Shown here piece after piece: positions 40,565-49,577 of a stretch of 64,000 nt of DNA. Origin of the DNA: Vulcanimicrobiota bacterium. GTDB lineage: Bacteria > Vulcanimicrobiota > Vulcanimicrobiia > Eremiobacterales > Eremiobacteraceae. The notes beneath the pieces were generated by a model that worked only from the letters and a program-made list of their open reading frames with translations, was not told the DNA's origin and did not search any database. The position numbers were made by a program, and so were the translations under genes. Location of the stretch: the NCBI GenBank assembly GCA_963812135.1, contig CAWETU010000001.1:1728001-1792000 (forward strand), given 5' to 3'. The number at the start of each line of letters is the position of its first letter. Within the stretch, counting starts at the first letter, position 1.

Positions 40565-42148
40565 TCAATCGAACACGCCTTGGAGATACCAGCAACCATC
40601 GCGCATGTCGCGGAACACGAGCAGCAGCGCGCCCGCGTTGTCGACGAGCTGATAGTAATCGCGCTCGACCGGGTGCTCCCACCAGCTCTCGCTCAAACGG
40701 AAAGGCCCGGCGCGTGCAGCAGTCGGCGGCGGCACGGCGATCGGTTTAGGGGGCTCCACCAATCGCAGTGCGGGCGCCCACGCGCCGGGTGCCGGTCCGC
40801 GCTCCGCCGCGCGGACCTGGGTTCGAGGTGCGGGCAAGACGTCTATTGAGCTCGAGCGTTCGCTCGAGCTGACACCCGAGCTGCGCTCGGGTCCTACATT
40901 GCGCTCAAGCGTCGCAACGTTACGTTTGGTTCGCACGCGGCTGCGCGGCGGATCGTCCAACAGATCGCGTGGCGAGTCGATGGGAGTGGCCTGCTGCATG
41001 CGCTCGGGCAACCGCGAGCGGGTCGGCACGGGAAGCATCGTCACCACCTCATCACGGCGCAAGGCGGCCTGCAGCCGCGCGATGGTCGCGGCCACCGCGG
41101 CGCGGCGCGAAGCGGCGGTGCCGTCGAACAGCGAGAGCTGCGGCGGCGCTTGGCCGCACGGCGAGACCCGTGCGCCGATCGCCGCGATCGACTCGAGCAT
41201 CTCGCGCGACTCGAGCGCGATGCGCGCGAGATGGAACATCGTGTCCGCATTCGCGCTCGGCTCGGCGAGCAGCACCGGCACGATCGCGGTCTCGGCCGAG
41301 AACTCCAGCACGACATCGAAGCGATTGCAGGTCTGCGCGCAGCCGGCCAGCTTGGCCGCGACCGCGTTCAGACAACCGCGCAGCGCGAACAGCGCCGGCT
41401 CCAAGCGGTCGACCGCCCCGTCGAACGCGAAGCGCTCTTCATAGACCGCCAGCGCGCTGCGCGGCTGCAGCGGTTCGTCATCGGCACCGCGCGCCAGCCG
41501 CTGATAGCGACGCGCCCGCTCGCCGAATCGTAACGCAAGCGGTCCAGATGGCAAAGCCGCGAGCTGGCCGAGCGTCCGCAAGCCGAGCAGATCGAAGCGA
41601 TCCGCATCGCCCGGCGCAAGCGCAAGCAAACCGATGGACAGCGGCGCGAGAAACGCCGCGCTGCCATCCGGCGGCACGATGCTCACACCGCCGCCCGCGA
41701 CGAGCGCCGCGCAGCGTGCGGTGAACTTGTCGTCGGCGACCGCGGCGGTGCACGAAAAGCCGAGCGCGGTGGCCAGCGACATCGCGGCGCCGAGCGCGGC
41801 CGCTTCGCCGTTCGGCAATGCCGCCGCATCGAAATAGCAGATGCCGGGCGCGCTGCCTTCGACGAGTGGACCGCACGTCTCCAGCGCATCGAGCAGCTCG
41901 CGCGTGGCCGTGCGCTCCGCGTTCTCATCGCGCGCGACGACCACCAGACCCGGGCACGCGGCGCGTGCCTGTTTGGGGGTCATGCCCGGCACGACGCCGA
42001 TGCTGGTGCGGCTCGCCGCGACGATCTCACGCCGTGATTCGCCCTGCGCGATCGCGATCGGCCTGCCGCGCAGCGACGCTTTGCTCCGCAGACAGACTTC
42101 GACGGAGAACTGCGGCAAGACCAAACACGCGACGCGACGCTGCATCAC
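40565..42148 (-). CDS. imuB: ImuB, inactive Y-family polymerase
   Basis: GVVPGMT, LGLRTLG, clamp-binding QLSLF, C-terminal WW...RDYY..VFD; lies between imuA and dnaE2. Confidence 0.9.
   Translation of the reverse strand: MMQRRVACLVLPQFSVEVCLRSKASLRGRPIAIAQGESRREIVAASRTSIGVVPGMTPKQARAACPGLVVVARDENAERTATRELLDALETCGPLVEGSAPGICYFDAAALPNGEAAALGAAMSLATALGFSCTAAVADDKFTARCAALVAGGGVSIVPPDGSAAFLAPLSIGLLALAPGDADRFDLLGLRTLGQLAALPSGPLALRFGERARRYQRLARGADDEPLQPRSALAVYEERFAFDGAVDRLEPALFALRGCLNAVAAKLAGCAQTCNRFDVVLEFSAETAIVPVLLAEPSANADTMFHLARIALESREMLESIAAIGARVSPCGQAPPQLSLFDGTAASRRAAVAATIARLQAALRRDEVVTMLPVPTRSRLPERMQQATPIDSPRDLLDDPPRSRVRTKRNVATLERNVGPERSSGVSSSERSSSIDVLPAPRTQVRAAERGPAPGAWAPALRLVEPPKPIAVPPPTAARAGPFRLSESWWEHPVERDYYQLVDNAGALLLVFRDMRDGCWYLQGVFD
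40849..40898 (-). repeat. tandem pair of REP-like hairpins in frame inside imuB
   Basis: AGCTCGAGCG-TT-CGCTCGAGCT then ACCCGAGC-TGC-GCTCGGGT-C-CTACA. Confidence 0.8.
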
Positions 42149-42924
42149 ACGACGCGCTCGAGGGTGGGTTCCCCTGCGCTCACGAGCGCGGGAGTGGATT
42201 CATCAAGCGCGAGGTGTGCCGGCCAGGTGCCGGCGACATCGGGCAACGCAGCGGCGAAACGCACGCTGCGACCCGGCGCGATCGCGCGCGACTTCGCGAC
42301 GTCGACCGAAGCGATGCATCCTAAGAGCTGTCCGCCGCCGTCGCTGCCCTCTTGCCATAGCGGCATGAGATCGTGCGCGCGCAAACGCAGCGAGGCGAAC
42401 GATGCGACCGGCTGCGCCGTGCCGTTCGTGATGATGACGAGCGCCGTGCCGGTCTTTTCGGCCTGCGCCACAAGGCGCGCGCAATGATGCGTCTGCAATG
42501 CACCCGCGAGCTCGCTGCCATCGAAGACCACGACCGCGCACGCACCGCCGCGCACGAGCGCATCCACCGCACGCCGCGCAGCTGCGGCCTCGCGCGGGCG
42601 CGCCACGATGAGACGCCGCACGTCGATGCCCGCGCCCGCCGCTCCAGGTGCGAAAAAACTCCCCGATGGATCCACGTACGCGCCGAGCGCGCCCTCGCGC
42701 GTGGCAGCCGCGAGCAGCGCGAACGCCACCATCGTCTTGCCGGAGGAGCGCGCCCCGAACAGCTCGGTGAGTTGACCGCGCGGCACGCCGGTCGGGCCGA
42801 GCAACGCGTCGAGCGCCTCGATGCCGCTGGCCCGGCCAGGGCGCACGGGGGCAGCGGCGTGGGGGATGACCCCTTGCCAGCGACGCTCTAATGCGCCTCG
42901 CAGCTCGGCGACGGAGGTAGCCAT
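42145..42924 (-). CDS. imuA: ImuA, RecA-like protein
   Basis: SGIEALDALL, GVPRGQLTELFGARSSGKT, AYVD; first gene of the imuB-dnaE2 cassette. Confidence 0.85.
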   Translation of the reverse strand: MATSVAELRGALERRWQGVIPHAAAPVRPGRASGIEALDALLGPTGVPRGQLTELFGARSSGKTMVAFALLAAATREGALGAYVDPSGSFFAPGAAGAGIDVRRLIVARPREAAAARRAVDALVRGGACAVVVFDGSELAGALQTHHCARLVAQAEKTGTALVIITNGTAQPVASFASLRLRAHDLMPLWQEGSDGGGQLLGCIASVDVAKSRAIAPGRSVRFAAALPDVAGTWPAHLALDESTPALVSAGEPTLERVV

Positions 42925-42932
42925 GGGGGAAT

Positions 42933-42961
42933 AGTATAATCGAACATATGTTCGATATCAA
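42933..42961 (-). promoter_or_regulatory. sigma-70 promoter of imuA (TTGATA-17-TATACT), probably leaderless
   Basis: -35 at 42956-42961, -10 at 42933-42938, 8 nt before the ATG, no SD. Confidence 0.75.
42941..42954. promoter_or_regulatory. LexA (SOS) box, GAAC-N4-GTTC type
   Basis: Perfect palindrome CGAACATATGTTCG in the imuA promoter spacer. Confidence 0.93.
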
Positions 42962-43015
42962 GTGCCTTCTCATACCTCGATAAGGTTGGCCCAAAGCCGA
43001 CACGAAGGCCCCGGA

Positions 43016-44638
43016 ATGAGCGACTTTACCGCCGCGACCGAGGCCATTCTTCACGCGCGCCTCAAAGACGATCCCCTCCACGCCACTATCGCCGGCCTGC
43101 ATCAGTACGACTCCGAGCTGCCGGACGTCACTCCGGACGGCATCGGGCGCACGCACGCCGCGCTCGCCGCGCATATCGCGGTGCTCGAAGCGTTCACTCC
43201 CGGCGATCTGTCGGCGCAAGAACGCATCGATCGCCAGCTGCTCATGTCGATGCTCGAAGTGGAGCTGCGCGAGCTCACCGAGCTGCAACCCCACAAGCAC
43301 GATCCTTCGCTGTACCCTTCGCTTGCCGGTGAGGCGGTCTACTCGATCCTCGCGCGCGACTTCGCGCCGCTGCCCGAACGCATGGCGTCGGTCGTCGCGC
43401 GCTTGCGCAAGATCCCGGCGATGCTTGTCGCAGGCACGCAGAACTTGCAGCGCTCGCCCAAGATCTGGACCGAGATCGCGATCGAGGAGACCGATGGCGT
43501 GATCGATTTCTTCGAGCACACGGTCGCGCCGCTGCTCGACGCGGACGCCCAAGGACAAGCCGCCCTCAAGGCGACGATGACGGCGCTGCACGAGTACGCG
43601 CGCTTCCTCAAAGAAGAACATGCGCAGCGCGACGGCATGTCGTTCGCGGTCGGCCGCGATTTCTTCGACTACAAGCTCAAACACGAGCACTTCTTGCCGT
43701 ACACGGCGCAGACGCTGCTCGAGTTCGGCGAACAAGCGGTCCGCTTGACGGAGATGCGGCTGCAAGAAGTGGCCGACCTCATCGAGCCAAATGCGAACTG
43801 GGCGGACCTCATCGATAGCTTGCGCGCCGCGTCCCTGCCGCAATCCGACCTGCTCGCACAGTACCGCAAAGGCGTGCGCCGGGCACGCGAGTTCGTCCTC
43901 GAGCGCGGACTCGTCAGCGTGCCCGCAGGCGAAACGCTCGAGATTGTGGATACGCCATCCTTTTTACGACCGACGATTCCCTACGCCGCCTACATGGCGC
44001 CCGGTGCGTTCGAGCAGCAACAGCAAGGCCTCTACTACGTGACGCCGATCGCGCAGGGTGCAAGCGATCAAGAGCGCCGCGAGCAGCTGCTCGGCCACAA
44101 CACCTTCGGCATGCTGTTGACCAACGTGCACGAGGGTTATCCGGGGCACCACCTGCAGCTGGTGGTCGCCAACCGCGCGCCGTCGCTCGTGCGGCGCTTG
44201 TACGACAGCACGGTGTTCTGCGAAGGCTGGGCGCTGTATTGCGAGCAGCTCGTGCTCGATGAAGGTCTGGATCCGGACCCGCGCATGCGGCTGTTCCAAC
44301 TGAAGGATCAGTTGTGGCGCGCGTGCCGCATCGTCATCGACGCGAAGATCCACACGAGCGAGATGTCATTCGACGAAGCGGTCGACATGCTCGTGGATGT
44401 CGCCAAGCTCGAGCGCGTCAACGCCATCGGCGAGGTGCGCCGCTATACGCAAACCCCGACACAGCCGATGTCATACCTCGTCGGCAAGCACCAGATCCTC
44501 GACCTGCGTGAACGCGAGCGGCAGCGGCTCGGCTCGCGCTTCGACCTGCGCGACTTCCACGACCGGCTGCTGGCGCAAGGCTCCTTACCGGTCGCGCTCA
44601 TCGAAGCTGCTTCTTTCGCATCGCAACACGGGAGCTGA
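43016..44638 (+). CDS. DUF885 family protein
   Basis: HEGYPGHHLQ, EGWALYCE, WRACRIVID, PTQPMSYLVG, FHDRLL. Confidence 0.9.
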   Translation: MSDFTAATEAILHARLKDDPLHATIAGLHQYDSELPDVTPDGIGRTHAALAAHIAVLEAFTPGDLSAQERIDRQLLMSMLEVELRELTELQPHKHDPSLYPSLAGEAVYSILARDFAPLPERMASVVARLRKIPAMLVAGTQNLQRSPKIWTEIAIEETDGVIDFFEHTVAPLLDADAQGQAALKATMTALHEYARFLKEEHAQRDGMSFAVGRDFFDYKLKHEHFLPYTAQTLLEFGEQAVRLTEMRLQEVADLIEPNANWADLIDSLRAASLPQSDLLAQYRKGVRRAREFVLERGLVSVPAGETLEIVDTPSFLRPTIPYAAYMAPGAFEQQQQGLYYVTPIAQGASDQERREQLLGHNTFGMLLTNVHEGYPGHHLQLVVANRAPSLVRRLYDSTVFCEGWALYCEQLVLDEGLDPDPRMRLFQLKDQLWRACRIVIDAKIHTSEMSFDEAVDMLVDVAKLERVNAIGEVRRYTQTPTQPMSYLVGKHQILDLRERERQRLGSRFDLRDFHDRLLAQGSLPVALIEAASFASQHGS

Positions 44639-44644
44639 CAACCC

Positions 44645-45127
44645 ATGTACATCTTCTTCAAAGTGCTCCACGTCATCGCCGTCATCATGTTCGTCGGCAA
44701 CATCACGGTCGGAGGATTCTGGAAGGCATGGGGCGACCGCACGAAAGACCCGCGCATCATCGCGAACGCGGTGGATGGCATCATCGTCGCCGATCGGATC
44801 TTCACCATTCCCGGCATCATCCTGTTGCTGATCGGCGGCATCGGCGCCGCGCTGGTGGGTCACATCCCCATCTTGAGCACCGGTTGGATTCTGTGGCCGA
44901 TCGTGCTCTTCACGTTGTCGGGGATCGCCTTCGGTCCGGTCGCACGGGCACAGCGCTTGCTCTCGGCGGTCGCGCACGAGGGCATCGACTCAGGCTCGAT
45001 GAGTTGGGAGCTCTACCAGCGCTTCTCCAACGTTTGGGCGGTGTGGGGCATGATCGCATTGATCGCGCCGCTCATCGCCGCTATCATCATGATCTGGAAA
45101 CCCGCGCTGCCGGCCTTTCACGCGTGA
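44645..45127 (+). CDS. DUF2269-like membrane protein
   Basis: KVLHVIA N-terminus, four TMs, MIWKP C-terminus. Confidence 0.8.
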   Translation: MYIFFKVLHVIAVIMFVGNITVGGFWKAWGDRTKDPRIIANAVDGIIVADRIFTIPGIILLLIGGIGAALVGHIPILSTGWILWPIVLFTLSGIAFGPVARAQRLLSAVAHEGIDSGSMSWELYQRFSNVWAVWGMIALIAPLIAAIIMIWKPALPAFHA

Positions 45128-45615
45128 GAGTTATCCAACTGTGCAGCGGTTTGCTCGTGCGTGACGGCGCGCTGCTGCTCACCCGTTGCGTCTATGAGGG
45201 TGAGCCCGAACCGCTTTGGACCTTGCCCGGCGGGCGTCAAGAAAAAGGCGAGACCAAACCGCAGACGATCGCACGAGAGTTCTGGGAAGAGGCAGCGCTG
45301 CGGGTGCAGGTGGGCGAGCTCGCGTACGCAAGCGAATCGATCGATGCGCCGCGCGACCTGCACGTCATGAATGCGACGTTCCACGTCGAGGAGCTCGGCG
45401 CGCGCGAGCAACCGCGCTCGCAGGACCCCAAGGTGGTCGAAGTGCGCTTCGTGCCTGTCGCGGAGGCGCCGGCCCTGTTGCGCGCGGACGTGCTTCGCAT
45501 TCCGGTGGAAGCGGCGCTGAGCGGGCGTTTGAACGGCCGCTATTTCTCATTCCGCGCCGAAGATGTGGTCGAGCCGTTCTTTCGCGGCCGCCCTCGCGAG
45601 CGCGGGGGCGTCTAG
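45124..45615 (+). CDS. NUDIX hydrolase
   Basis: WTLPGGRQEKGETKPQTIAREFWEEA Nudix box; GTGA overlap. Confidence 0.88.
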   Translation: MRVIQLCSGLLVRDGALLLTRCVYEGEPEPLWTLPGGRQEKGETKPQTIAREFWEEAALRVQVGELAYASESIDAPRDLHVMNATFHVEELGAREQPRSQDPKVVEVRFVPVAEAPALLRADVLRIPVEAALSGRLNGRYFSFRAEDVVEPFFRGRPRERGGV

Positions 45616-45617
45616 CT

Positions 45618-45920
45618 GTGGGATATATCATCGATCCGCCGCAACCCGTCGAGGGCGACTACGTCGCGGTGTTCGCACAAACGGAGGCGGCTGACGCGCT
45701 GGCAAAGACGTTTTTGGAGTCCCGAGACATGCATCCGGTGGTGATGCCGCAATTCGGCAGATTCGCTGCTCTGTTAGGCGCGGCCATTGGGCCCGGCCCC
45801 TCGTTGTACGGGCCCGAAGGACTGGTTTGCGTTCCGAAAAGCGAAGCCCCGGAGGCGATTCGTTTACTCGAGTCCGAGTCCGGGTTACTCGATCCTTCGT
45901 CTGACGCCGACGCGGATTAG
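45618..45920 (+). CDS. small hypothetical protein (DUF2007-like), tandem copy 1
   Basis: GYIIDPPQPVEGDYVAVFAQT, near-identical to the next gene. Confidence 0.75.
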   Translation: MGYIIDPPQPVEGDYVAVFAQTEAADALAKTFLESRDMHPVVMPQFGRFAALLGAAIGPGPSLYGPEGLVCVPKSEAPEAIRLLESESGLLDPSSDADAD

Positions 45921-46214
45921 ATGGGCTATCTCATCGACCCGCCGCAGCACGTCGAAGGCGACTACGTCGCGGTGTTCGCGCAGACGGATATGGCGGACGC
46001 GCTCGCGATCGAGTTCCTTAAGGACCACGGGCTGCATCCTGTGGTCATGCCGCAGATGGGCGACTTGGGGATGGCGCTGGGCGGCGCGTTCGGCGGCGGC
46101 GCAGACCTCTACGGCGGCGAGGCGCTACTCTGCGTGCCGGCACTCGAAGCGGATCAAGCGCTCGATCTGCTCGAGTTCGACTCCGGACTTGTCGACGAAG
46201 AGGACGGCGCTTAA
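45921..46214 (+). CDS. small hypothetical protein (DUF2007-like), tandem copy 2
   Basis: GYLIDPPQHVEGDYVAVFAQT; starts immediately after the copy 1 stop. Confidence 0.78.
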   Translation: MGYLIDPPQHVEGDYVAVFAQTDMADALAIEFLKDHGLHPVVMPQMGDLGMALGGAFGGGADLYGGEALLCVPALEADQALDLLEFDSGLVDEEDGA

Positions 46215-46219
46215 CTAGC

Positions 46220-47194
46220 GTGAGCGATCTCAAGAACGAATTCGCTTTCTCGTGGTCGCGCCACCAAGCATTCTATGCGTGCCCGCGGCGCTTCTACTGG
46301 CAGCACTACGGCTCGTGGCACGGTTGGGAAGACGACGCGCCGCTACAGACGCAGCTCGCCTACCGGCTCAAGCATCTGCAAAGCGTGGCGATGCTCGTCG
46401 GCGACACGTTCCACGCGGAGCTGAGCGAAGTGCTGCGTCGCCGGCCCGAGCGTCCGTGCGGCGTCCCCGCCGAGCAGTTGCGCGAGACGATGGAACGGCG
46501 CTTCTTCAAACGCCTGCGCGAATCGCGCGACAAGGATTGGCAACGCTACGGCAACGTCAAGGACTACGCGATCCTCTTCGAAGACTACTACGGCGAAGGC
46601 CTGAACGAACACGAGGAACGCCGCGCCCTCGACAAGCTGCGCCAGTGCGTCGAAGGCTTCGCGCGCAGCGGATTCGGCAAACGCGTTTTCGCCGTCGCCA
46701 AGTCCAAGCTGCGCCTCATCGATCCAAAGGGCTTCGACGCGAAACGCGCCGTGCTGGACGGCCTCTTGGTCTATGCATCGCCCGACCTCATCGCGGCCGA
46801 CGACAACGGCGACCTGCACATCGTCGATTGGAAGACTGGACCGCCGCATAAGACGAGTCTTGCGCAGCTGTCCATCTACGGGCTCGTCATCTCCGAAAAA
46901 CACCAAGCGCCGCTCGACCGGATGACGGCGCATCTCGTCTACGTGCACGCGGGCGTCCACGAGCCCTACAGCGATCTCGCCGCCGGCGTCGACGAGGCGC
47001 GGCGCAACATCTCGACGTTCGTCAAGGATGTCCAGGATCGGCTCACCGATATCGATGCGAATCTTGCGGGCGACATCGACGCGTTCCCGATGACGACAGA
47101 TCTTTGGAAGTGCCGGTCGTGCAATTTCCGCGAGCTGTGCGGCCGAACCGGCGACCCCGCGCTCGCGCCGGACGAGGAAACCACCGCGAGCTGA
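46220..47194 (+). CDS. PD-(D/E)XK nuclease (Cas4/AddB-like, 4-Cys)
   Basis: FSWSR..ACPRR, PDLI..IVDWKTG, QLSIY, CRSCNFRELC. Confidence 0.87.
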   Translation: MSDLKNEFAFSWSRHQAFYACPRRFYWQHYGSWHGWEDDAPLQTQLAYRLKHLQSVAMLVGDTFHAELSEVLRRRPERPCGVPAEQLRETMERRFFKRLRESRDKDWQRYGNVKDYAILFEDYYGEGLNEHEERRALDKLRQCVEGFARSGFGKRVFAVAKSKLRLIDPKGFDAKRAVLDGLLVYASPDLIAADDNGDLHIVDWKTGPPHKTSLAQLSIYGLVISEKHQAPLDRMTAHLVYVHAGVHEPYSDLAAGVDEARRNISTFVKDVQDRLTDIDANLAGDIDAFPMTTDLWKCRSCNFRELCGRTGDPALAPDEETTAS

Positions 47195-47196
47195 AG

Positions 47197-47997
47197 TTAG
47201 GGCTCGCCGCCCATGTCGTCGCTGCCCGGCGGCGGCGCGCGGTCGGCGGAAACGCCGAGCGCGATGAGCTGCGGCACCGTCACGAACTGATAGCCCTGGG
47301 CACGCAGCTGCGATACGATCAGCTTGGTCGCCTCGACGCTCGGCCCCCGATCGCCGGGCTTTCCTTTGTTGCCGTCGTGCAAGACGATGATGGACCCATC
47401 GGACACGTTCCGCACGATGCGATTGGCGATCACTTGCGGCGGCGGATTCTCCCAATCGCGCGCCAGCGGCACCGACCACATGATCACCTGATAGCCCATG
47501 TCATGTGCGACTTGGATGACCGCGTAGTCGCGTGCGCCGAACGGCGGCCTGAACAACGTCGTGTGTTGTCCGGTCGCATCGAAGATCGCCTGATCGGTGG
47601 CGGCCAGCTCATTGTGGATGTGGCGGCGCGTCTCTAGCACCAAGTGCGCGTGATCCCACGAGTGGTTGCCGATCGCGTTGCCGTACTGCGCCTCGCGACG
47701 GACCGAATCGGGGTACTTCGCGACCGCGCGGCCGACGACGAAAAACGTGGCGGGCACGTGCTGCTGGTGGAGGTACTGCACGATGTCGTCGGTGTACGGT
47801 GGATTCGGCCCGTCGTCAAACGTGAGCGCGACGTACTTGCCATGCAGCGGCACATGCGTGATGGTCGTGCCAAAGGTCTGGTTGTATGGGTTTTCGAGCA
47901 AGTACCAGGCGACGCCCACGAGCAACACGACGATGATCGCCGCCAAGCATATCTCGCGCCATCGTTTTCGATACCAGGTGGACACCGAAAGGATCAA
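47197..47997 (-). CDS. polysaccharide deacetylase (CE4)
   Basis: TFDDGP, HSWDH, FRPPFG, IVLHD; N-terminal TM. Confidence 0.93.
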   Translation of the reverse strand: MILSVSTWYRKRWREICLAAIIVVLLVGVAWYLLENPYNQTFGTTITHVPLHGKYVALTFDDGPNPPYTDDIVQYLHQQHVPATFFVVGRAVAKYPDSVRREAQYGNAIGNHSWDHAHLVLETRRHIHNELAATDQAIFDATGQHTTLFRPPFGARDYAVIQVAHDMGYQVIMWSVPLARDWENPPPQVIANRIVRNVSDGSIIVLHDGNKGKPGDRGPSVEATKLIVSQLRAQGYQFVTVPQLIALGVSADRAPPPGSDDMGGEP

Positions 47998-48665
47998 TGC
48001 GCGCCCGTGCGGTTCGGCGGAGCACCGGTGCCGGCGGCCAGTTCGGACCGGATCTTCGCCTCTGCCTGTTGCACGCTCGGCGGTCCGAACGACTCCATGT
48101 CTCGGACGATCTTCAAGTAATGGGGATCACGCAGCGGCGTGCTCGTCACGCCGATCGGATGTTGCGTATCCTTGAGGTTGAGCGGATACGACTGGCCGTT
48201 GGTCATGGCCCAAAAGACCGGATCGGAGAACGCGAATGCACGCTGGCCGCCCTCGCTCCCGAGCTGTTGCTGCACGAAGAACACGTATTCATCACGCGGA
48301 TGCGGCCGCACCGGTTTGTCCGGCAGTTCCCAGATGCCGTCCGCGCGCAGCTGCTCGAACAAGAACGTCGCCTCGGGTCCGCTCAATGGCACCTCGAATT
48401 GCTTGGTGATGAGGCCGTCGCGAGCGGTCGCCGAGAAGAACATCGTCACCTTGCCGTTGTCGTTGCTGATGCGATAGGTCTGCTCTGAGACCGGCCCGTC
48501 GTGCAGGTATTGCTGCATGGTGACCGTCCACGTGCTGTTCGCGTTCAGCACCTCGTTGACGGCGCGCTCGCGCACCAGATACGGCTCCACGAATCCGAAA
48601 AACGCGATGGCGATGAGCACGGCGCACACCACGACGACCAAGATGGAGCGCTGGCGTTCGTTCAC
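47994..48665 (-). CDS. hypothetical membrane-anchored protein
   Basis: N-terminal TM, 4-nt overlaps with both neighbours. Confidence 0.75.
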   Translation of the reverse strand: MNERQRSILVVVVCAVLIAIAFFGFVEPYLVRERAVNEVLNANSTWTVTMQQYLHDGPVSEQTYRISNDNGKVTMFFSATARDGLITKQFEVPLSGPEATFLFEQLRADGIWELPDKPVRPHPRDEYVFFVQQQLGSEGGQRAFAFSDPVFWAMTNGQSYPLNLKDTQHPIGVTSTPLRDPHYLKIVRDMESFGPPSVQQAEAKIRSELAAGTGAPPNRTGAH

Positions 48666-49504
48666 GCCGCGGCTCCGACGTAGATCACGTTCAACAGCGC
48701 GCGATACATCGCGGCGGAGTCGGCAGCCCTGGCGCCGACCCTGCGCGGCCCGCGGCGTTCCATGCCCGGCACGAGGGAGATGCGGTCGGCCTGGGCCGTC
48801 GTCACGGTGTGGATTTCCATGTCCAGCGGTAGTTCGAGACGCAGCGGTTCAAACGCTCCAAGGGAGCGCACAGCTCGCTCCGACGTTTCACGCAGGTCGG
48901 CGCACACCGCCTGGGGCGACCGGCAATCGGCCGCATAGTAGCCGATGCTCTGCTTCGTCTCGACGCCGAGCGCCCACGGAAGGACGCGAGCCGCCTCGGC
49001 GAGGGTCGTCGCGTCCGCCGACACGAGTGCGACCGGCACGCCGAAATGACCGGCGAACGCGGCGTTGATCGGCAGTTCGCTCACCGGCTCACCGTTCAAG
49101 CGGCACTCGTAGATGACGCGCGGGCTATACGTATGACCCATGACCGCGCACGCGTCGCCGATCGCGCCATGGTAGCCGATGAAGAACGCGGCCGCGCACT
49201 CCTCGCTCAGACCTTGCAGCATGAAATCCCGTTTGACGCGGCCGCTGACGACCGTGGCGCGCGGATCGAGCTCTTCGATCACGAGGTTACGCATGGTCGA
49301 ATGCGAGTCGTTGACGATGACGCGTGCGGCACCGCCGGCATATGCTCCCTCGATGACCGCGTTTGCCTCTGCGGTCATCAGTCGACGGGCACGCTGATAT
49401 GCCGCGCTGTCAGACGGGCGGACTTCATCCCAATGGACCAGCGTCGCGCAGCCTTCCATGTCGATGGAGACGAAGATCGTAGGCGATTTCGACGTGCGTG
49501 ACAT
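48662..49504 (-). CDS. M55 family D-aminopeptidase (DppA-like)
   Basis: SIDMEG, NDSH, IGYHG, HTY motifs. Confidence 0.9.
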   Translation of the reverse strand: MSRTSKSPTIFVSIDMEGCATLVHWDEVRPSDSAAYQRARRLMTAEANAVIEGAYAGGAARVIVNDSHSTMRNLVIEELDPRATVVSGRVKRDFMLQGLSEECAAAFFIGYHGAIGDACAVMGHTYSPRVIYECRLNGEPVSELPINAAFAGHFGVPVALVSADATTLAEAARVLPWALGVETKQSIGYYAADCRSPQAVCADLRETSERAVRSLGAFEPLRLELPLDMEIHTVTTAQADRISLVPGMERRGPRRVGARAADSAAMYRALLNVIYVGAAA

Positions 49505-49577
49505 CCGTAGCGCGCGATTCAACCGCGGGACAAGGGCATCCTCGCCAGCCCCGCAAAAGGGCGAGCAAGGAGACCGC

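Noticed and set aside
46220..47194. CRISPR-associated cas4
   Set aside because: No cas1, cas2 or array in the window; treated as a solo PD-(D/E)XK nuclease.
49505..49577. SAM-type riboswitch upstream of yitJ
   Set aside because: GCGCGATTCAACCG loosely resembles a SAM-II 5' part, but the complementary strand and A-rich 3' elements are missing and the space is too short for SAM-I.
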